Below, piece after piece: positions 58,674 to 64,000 of a stretch of 64,000 bases of DNA (positions within the stretch are counted from its first letter, which is position 1; each line of letters begins with the position of its first letter). The notes under the pieces are model-generated. The model was not told the origin of the DNA. It ran no database searches and saw only the letters and a program-made list of their open reading frames with translations. Position numbers and translations under genes: made by a program. Source of the stretch: Bacteriovoracaceae bacterium (lineage in GTDB: Bacteria > Bdellovibrionota > Bacteriovoracia > Bacteriovoracales > Bacteriovoracaceae); contig JBLWTJ010000001.1 in assembly GCA_048270185.1 (NCBI GenBank), positions 864,001 to 928,000 on the forward strand, given 5' to 3'.

Positions 58674-59344
58674 TGAAGCATTTTATATTTGTCAGCATAA
58701 TTGGGGCACTCTACGCTGCAAGCCTCTATATAAAGGATCTAGACCTTCAAAGAAAGAAAGGTGTCGTAACTCCAACAACTTTTGCCATTCGTTCCAAAAC
58801 AGGAACTCCCGTGGTAACGACCAAAGTAGAGAGAAGAGAGTTTTCAAACTTTGTTATCGTAACAGGTCAAGCAACAGGCTCAAGAATTGAAGCTTCTGTT
58901 GCCCCTCAAATTGCAGCAAAGATCAAATCAGGGGCCGTTGCTAGTATTCGTTTAGATGAAGAGAAGATTTACGGTAATGTCACAAGTATCAACCGCAAGG
59001 TTAACTACCTCTCAGGTCTAAACTCACTTACCGTATCATTTGGAAATAAGAAAATAAAACCAAGCTTATATGTTATGGAAATCGAATCAACAAAGCTTCC
59101 TCGTGCTCTTGTTTTAAAAAGAGAAGCAGTATCTCAACGTGGTGGTATCTTCCACGTTTATCTCGTGAATAAAGATAGAACGATTCGTCGACAAGATGTT
59201 GAGATCGAAGGAAGCAATGAACTTTACTACGCAATTTCATCAGGGCTTAAGGCCGGGGATGAAGTTGTTCTAAGTGATCTACGCTATCTTAATAATGGCG
59301 AAAAAATCAATGTAGTTAAGGTCTATGAGGAGAAGACAAAATGA
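58673..59344 (+). CDS. Short RND periplasmic adaptor (MFP-like)
   Basis: Between TolC and RND genes; GLKAGDEVV...L.NG MFP C-terminus; only 223 aa. Confidence 0.7.
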   Translation: MKHFIFVSIIGALYAASLYIKDLDLQRKKGVVTPTTFAIRSKTGTPVVTTKVERREFSNFVIVTGQATGSRIEASVAPQIAAKIKSGAVASIRLDEEKIYGNVTSINRKVNYLSGLNSLTVSFGNKKIKPSLYVMEIESTKLPRALVLKREAVSQRGGIFHVYLVNKDRTIRRQDVEIEGSNELYYAISSGLKAGDEVVLSDLRYLNNGEKINVVKVYEEKTK

Positions 59345-62300
59345 TCGAAATATTTGTAAAAAGACCCGCGACAACAATTATCTTCATTGCCATCTTCATG
59401 GTCATGGGGCTTGTTTCAATCGGAAATCTGATTATTGAACCAACACCAAAAATTGACTTACCAATTATTACAGTACAAACGATCTATGCAGGTGCCTCAC
59501 CTGAAGAGATCGAGTCTCAGATCTTAAAGAAAATCGAAGATGAGATTTCTGAAGTATCACAGATTAAGAAGATAAAATCTGATGCTCGTGATAGTTTTGG
59601 TATTGTCGTAATTGAATTTGAAATCGAAGCTGATGCCAACATCAAATCGATTGAAGTTAAAGATAAGGTTGAAGCAATTCTAAACGAGTTCCCAGAGGGG
59701 GCCGATCGTCCAATTATTGCAAAATTTGACCCACTAATTCAGCCAATTACAACAATTGCTCTTTCGAGTTCAAAACACAATCTAACACAGCTTTATGAGT
59801 TTGCTGATAAGAAACTCAAGTCACGCATGTCATCGATTAACGGAGTTGCCTCTGTTGATATTTTCGGTGGACGTGAGCGTGAAATCAATATTGAACTCGA
59901 TAACAACTTACTTATTCAAAATTACTTATCAATTGAAGACGTTATTAATGCTATTCAACGAAAGAACTTAAATATCCCAGGTGGTTCAATTAACCGTATG
60001 GACTCTAAAGTTAGTGTTCGATTTGTCGGTGAATTTGCCAATGTTCAAGAGATTAAAGATCTTGAAGTAGTCTCTCGTGAAGGACAAGTTTTTAAACTTA
60101 GTAAAATTGGTACTGTAAAAGATAGCTTCAAAGATGTAGAGACAATGGCAAAGTTCAACGGACGCGATGTTGTTGGACTTTCAGTTCTAAAACTTTCAGA
60201 TGGTGATGCCATAAAGATCGTACAAAACGTTAAGGGATCTCTTGATCAAATTGAATCAGAGTTACCTGATGGAATGAAACTTGAAGTCGTAGTTGATACG
60301 ACAAGAATTACTCTTGATGATACAAAAGGAACGATCCAATCGATCTTAATTGGTATTGGTTTAACAATTGCTATTCTTCTAACTTTCCTTGGAGATTGGC
60401 GAGGGGCCCTTATTGCAAGTATCGTTATCCCAACTTCAATTATTTCAACTCTATTCTTAATGGATATGGCATCGTTCTCAATTAACGTCATGACTCTCCT
60501 TGCATTTGGTACTTGTCTTGGGACGCTTATTGCCAATGCCCTAATTATTATTGAAAACGTTTATAAACATTTAAAAATGGGAAAAGACCCACAAACAGCC
60601 TCAATTGAAGGAACGCAAGAAGTACTCCTTGCAGTTATGGCCTCGTCTGGAACAAACCTAGTTGTATTTACTCCGCTGGCCTTCATGGGTGGTGTTGTTG
60701 GTAAGTTTATGATGCAATTTGGGATGACTGTTGTTTATGCAACAATCTTTTCAATTCTAGCATCAGTAACACTAACTCCAATGCTATGTTCTCTTCTTCT
60801 TAAAGATCCTGATACTTTAAAAGGACCTTTCCCGAAGCTTTCTCACTTAGTTGATAAAGTTCTAGCATGGGTTACAAAACAATATAAATGGTACTTTGAT
60901 AAATTTATGAATTGGCCAATTACATCAATCATTCTTCTGATGGCCATTTTCTTTACAATTGTTTACCCAGCAAAGAGAATTGGTAATGAGTTCTTACCAA
61001 AGTCTGACCGTGATGATTTTACGGCCTATATTCTTATGCCAGATGGTTCACCTGTTGAAAAAACAGCAGAAGTTACAGCATTAGTTGATGAGCTAATTAG
61101 AAAGAATCCTGAAGTCAAATCAACTCTTTCAGATATTGGATATGACGGTGAAGAAAGAGCACGTATTACAGTTAACTTAACTCCTGCTGCGACTAGAAAG
61201 CGTAGTTATGCTGACTTAATGAATGCAATGATTCCACAAACAGCAAATATCCCCGAAGCCGAGATCACTTATACAGGAGGTAGTCGCTCAGTTTCAAATG
61301 ACGGGGATATTACAATCGATATTCGTGGGCGAAACTTTGAAGATATGGTTACTGCGTCTAAGAAAATGCAAGAGATCATGAAAAACTCTGGTTACTTCGG
61401 TTCGATTGAAAGTTCATACCGAGTTCCAAAGATGGAAGTTCAATTCAAATCTGAGACTCAGAAAGTTATTCGACAAAGCTTAACAAGTGCAAGGATGGGT
61501 GGAGTAATCCGAGCCCTCGTCAATGGTAATGACGATGCTGTTTATAAAGAAGGTGGAGAGGAATATGATATCAACGTAACTCTAGCTCCTGAGTTTAAAA
61601 GAAATATTTCTGACTTTGATAAATTTCTCATTCACGGTAAAGATGGTCTTATTCCAATCTCATCTCTTGGTGAAGTAAAGGTTGTTGAGGCCACTTCCCC
61701 ACTTAAACGTCGTGATAAAGATCGAATCATTCAACTTAAGGCATACGTTGTTAAGGGGATTGTTGGGGCGATTATGGGTGAGCTTGCGACAGAATTTAAT
61801 AAAGCTGATCTTCCAGAAGGTGTTAGTTTTAAATTCTCTGGACAAGCAGAAAGCCAGTCTGAGTCTCAACAAGAAATGGGAAAAGCATTCATGCTAGCGG
61901 TTATCTTAACGTATATGCTACTTGTTGCGATCCTTAACTCTTTTGTCTTCCCTGTTTCAATTGGCTCGGCCATTCTGACTTCATTCCTAGGATCATTTCT
62001 CATGATGTTCTATACAGAGCAGACGATCAATATCGGCTCCATGATGGCCATCGTAATGGTTGTAGGTCTAGCGGTTAACAACGCCATCCTCATGATTGAG
62101 TACACACAACAAAAACTTGAAGAAGGTGTTGAGATCAAAGAAGCACTATGGCTTGGGGCCAGTGAGAAGCTTAAGCCAATTCTTATGACTTCCATTGCAA
62201 TTATCGCAGGGACAATGCCACAGCTCTTTATGATTGATAAGATGAAGTCGGCCATGGGCGCTGTTCTTATCGGCGGGATGCTAGGGTCAATATTCTTTAC

Positions 62301-62415
62301 TTACACTCTTGTTCCGACTCTCCACTTAATCATCTACAAGATTAAGTCTTGGTTTAGCCGAGTCACAAGAAAAGACAATAAAATTAAAGACTTAGAGGTT
62401 ATCGTTAAATCTTAA
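59341..62415 (+). CDS. AcrB/AcrD/AcrF family RND transporter
   Basis: YAGASPEEIES, IIIENV, SVTLTPML, LKPILMTS. Confidence 0.93.
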   Translation: MIEIFVKRPATTIIFIAIFMVMGLVSIGNLIIEPTPKIDLPIITVQTIYAGASPEEIESQILKKIEDEISEVSQIKKIKSDARDSFGIVVIEFEIEADANIKSIEVKDKVEAILNEFPEGADRPIIAKFDPLIQPITTIALSSSKHNLTQLYEFADKKLKSRMSSINGVASVDIFGGREREINIELDNNLLIQNYLSIEDVINAIQRKNLNIPGGSINRMDSKVSVRFVGEFANVQEIKDLEVVSREGQVFKLSKIGTVKDSFKDVETMAKFNGRDVVGLSVLKLSDGDAIKIVQNVKGSLDQIESELPDGMKLEVVVDTTRITLDDTKGTIQSILIGIGLTIAILLTFLGDWRGALIASIVIPTSIISTLFLMDMASFSINVMTLLAFGTCLGTLIANALIIIENVYKHLKMGKDPQTASIEGTQEVLLAVMASSGTNLVVFTPLAFMGGVVGKFMMQFGMTVVYATIFSILASVTLTPMLCSLLLKDPDTLKGPFPKLSHLVDKVLAWVTKQYKWYFDKFMNWPITSIILLMAIFFTIVYPAKRIGNEFLPKSDRDDFTAYILMPDGSPVEKTAEVTALVDELIRKNPEVKSTLSDIGYDGEERARITVNLTPAATRKRSYADLMNAMIPQTANIPEAEITYTGGSRSVSNDGDITIDIRGRNFEDMVTASKKMQEIMKNSGYFGSIESSYRVPKMEVQFKSETQKVIRQSLTSARMGGVIRALVNGNDDAVYKEGGEEYDINVTLAPEFKRNISDFDKFLIHGKDGLIPISSLGEVKVVEATSPLKRRDKDRIIQLKAYVVKGIVGAIMGELATEFNKADLPEGVSFKFSGQAESQSESQQEMGKAFMLAVILTYMLLVAILNSFVFPVSIGSAILTSFLGSFLMMFYTEQTINIGSMMAIVMVVGLAVNNAILMIEYTQQKLEEGVEIKEALWLGASEKLKPILMTSIAIIAGTMPQLFMIDKMKSAMGAVLIGGMLGSIFFTYTLVPTLHLIIYKIKSWFSRVTRKDNKIKDLEVIVKS

Positions 62416-62430
62416 TGGCCAACCTCGCCA

Positions 62431-62463
62431 GGGCCCGTGAACTCCAGTTGCGGGCCTTTTTTC
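62431..62463 (+). terminator. Intrinsic terminator
   Basis: GGCCCG...CGGGCC followed by T-tract. Confidence 0.65.
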
Positions 62464-62549
62464 TCATGTAATCTTTACCATTCCAAACATCACTGCGCCG
62501 CAATATGCTATATATGTTCATTATTTTTTTGAAGGAAAAGAGAGTGAAT

Positions 62550-63134
62550 ATGAAATCTATTATTCTAACATCAGTTCTGTGCTCTGGAGTAAGCCAGGCC
62601 ATGCCAGTAAAAGTATTCGATGGATCAGTTGTAACTTGTAAATCAAAAGCCGATCTTCACCGTACAAAGCTACAAGCATACAAAGTAAAAAGCTTTAATG
62701 CTGAGCAGTTTGGTGATTATGTTGAAGTAACCCTTAATATCCAAATGTTAGAATGTACTCAAGCAAATAAAGACTTTGCTTTTAAAGAGAAGAATATCTT
62801 TGATCTCTTCTCATATAAGAATGCAAAGAATGAAAATATTGAAGTAAGAACGAAGTCTGCTAATGTTATTTTCTATCAAGACGGTGTCTACAAAAGTCTA
62901 TCTAAAGTAGAAGTAAATGATGGGCATGATATGTCTAAGATTAAAGCAGTTTTTAATGTTCGTGATATTCTTACGAAAGATGAACTTGAACTCTATGAAT
63001 TAGGCGTAGGTGTAAAGCTTAATACAAGCCTTGATTTTAACCTTAATCGTCGTGTTGAAATTAGTAATTCAGAATTTAGTGATGAGTTTAATCAAAGCTA
63101 CGGTGGTTTTAGAATACAATTAGAAATTCAATAA
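62550..63134 (+). CDS. Secreted hypothetical protein
   Basis: MKSIILTSVLCSGVSQA signal peptide. Confidence 0.7.
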   Translation: MKSIILTSVLCSGVSQAMPVKVFDGSVVTCKSKADLHRTKLQAYKVKSFNAEQFGDYVEVTLNIQMLECTQANKDFAFKEKNIFDLFSYKNAKNENIEVRTKSANVIFYQDGVYKSLSKVEVNDGHDMSKIKAVFNVRDILTKDELELYELGVGVKLNTSLDFNLNRRVEISNSEFSDEFNQSYGGFRIQLEIQ

Positions 63135-63138
63135 AAAG

Positions 63139-63166
63139 AAAGGGAGCTTAAAGCTCCCTTTTTTAT
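63139..63166. terminator. Bidirectional terminator
   Basis: AAAGGGAGCTT-A-AAGCTCCCTTT with flanking A/T tracts. Confidence 0.75.
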
Positions 63167-63171
63167 TTTCA

Positions 63172-63546
63172 TTATTTTGCTTGAAGCATACCTTTATAAC
63201 GAGTCTTAGTCATTTGATGAACATAAGCTGCTACGTCTTTAATATCTTGAGGCTTAAGACTTCTAACTTTTGTCCACATCATTGATGTGTTCTTAGTCTT
63301 TCTCTTCTTCGATTGAATTGCTTCTACTTGTTCAACAATATAAGCTTCATCAAGACCAGCAATTTGCGGTCCTTTAACGATTGCAAGCTTACCATCTTTT
63401 GCCTTCCCCATACCATCAGCATTGTGGCATAGAGCACAGTTTACTTTCTTATAAATTTTTTGTCCGTTAGCAACATTACCAGCAGCAAATACAGAAGCAC
63501 TTGTACTTAGTACTGCGGCCATTAGTGTGATCTTTAGTAGTTTCAC
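63172..63546 (-). CDS. Monoheme cytochrome c (c553/c4-like)
   Basis: Signal peptide, CALCH, GPQIAG, distal Met. Confidence 0.9.
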   Translation of the reverse strand: MKLLKITLMAAVLSTSASVFAAGNVANGQKIYKKVNCALCHNADGMGKAKDGKLAIVKGPQIAGLDEAYIVEQVEAIQSKKRKTKNTSMMWTKVRSLKPQDIKDVAAYVHQMTKTRYKGMLQAK

Positions 63547-63678
63547 AATATATCTCCTTTTATTTATAGCATGCGATTAATTTATAGAATTATCGACAAA
63601 TAGTCAGTAAAATTAAGGGATTTTTTAGCGATGACGCGATATGTATTCCGCTAAATTGGCCCATTATATTTTGACTAA

Positions 63679-64000
63679 ATGGAGGTCAATATAAACTCTA
63701 GTATCATTAGCCTAATTTTAGGTACAATCTGCATAGGATTGGCCCCTATTTTTGTCAAAGACTTAACCTCAAGCCTCTCTCCTAGTATGATCGGCGCATT
63801 ACGCTGCGGCATAGCAGGCGCGATTCTACTAATCTATCAAATCCTGAGAAAAGTCATCTCACAACAACCTTTTATCAGAGATAAGCGCTTCTATACTATG
63901 ACCTGTATCATAGGTTTATTCTTTGCAATGGATTTATTTGTCTGGCACCGTTCTGTTCACCTTATTGGAGCTGGAATGTCGACAATACTGGGAAATACCC
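63679..64000 (+). CDS. 3'-truncated DMT/EamA family transporter
   Basis: CIGLAPIFVK...GALRC...GLFFAMDLFVWHRSVHLIGAGMSTILGNT; runs off the window. Confidence 0.85.
   Translation, partial: MEVNINSSIISLILGTICIGLAPIFVKDLTSSLSPSMIGALRCGIAGAILLIYQILRKVISQQPFIRDKRFYTMTCIIGLFFAMDLFVWHRSVHLIGAGMSTILGNT

Noticed and set aside
798..62602. Numerous 60-135 aa ORFs nested in or antisense to long genes
   Set aside because: Overlap well-supported CDSs and show no motifs; treated as shadow ORFs
1..64000. CRISPR array, cas genes, rRNA or intact prophage
   Set aside because: No regularly spaced repeat-spacer units, rRNA-like sequence or phage structural genes seen

Overview
AT-rich bacterial chromosome segment. 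Gene content points to Bdellovibrionota, probably Bacteriovoracaceae/Halobacteriovorax-like (inferred from a Bd0055-like histone and many Cys-rich secreted proteins, not from a database search). Core region 1-13.2 kb: PLA2-like gene fragment, DnaQ-DinG helicase, bolA, rmuC, M23 peptidase, hisS, a bacterial histone with a Lys/Ala-rich N-terminal tail, and secreted hypotheticals. A tRNA-Ala(GGC) at 13195-13270 anchors a composite, decaying island of about 23 kb, with tRNA 3'-end repeats at 34514-34536 and 36285-36297. The island carries a RelE/HigB-type TA pair, an acidic Zn-ribbon protein behind a large nested hairpin, a DUF4209/HEPN protein, an atypical czc-like metal-efflux operon, and a type I toxin-like small ORF with an SD-sequestering leader. 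It also carries a DDE transposase followed in frame by a broken tyrosine integrase, a four-gene cluster (MqsR-like / tandem-RHH / class III cyclase-like / DUF2971) that is a candidate undescribed defence system, and a Phd antitoxin with an inactivated RelE/ParE toxin. Inside the island, a 16.5-kb block is bounded by direct repeats encoding the Fpg/MutM N-terminus (MPELP). The rest of the window holds a secreted amidase/putative immunity/metalloprotease operon, two paralogous RR plus hybrid kinase cassettes, PAP2, CBS, a hydrolase, MATE, a CoA-transferase, a TetR/MarR-RND efflux locus, cytochrome c and a partial DMT transporter. All family calls are from motif recognition by eye.
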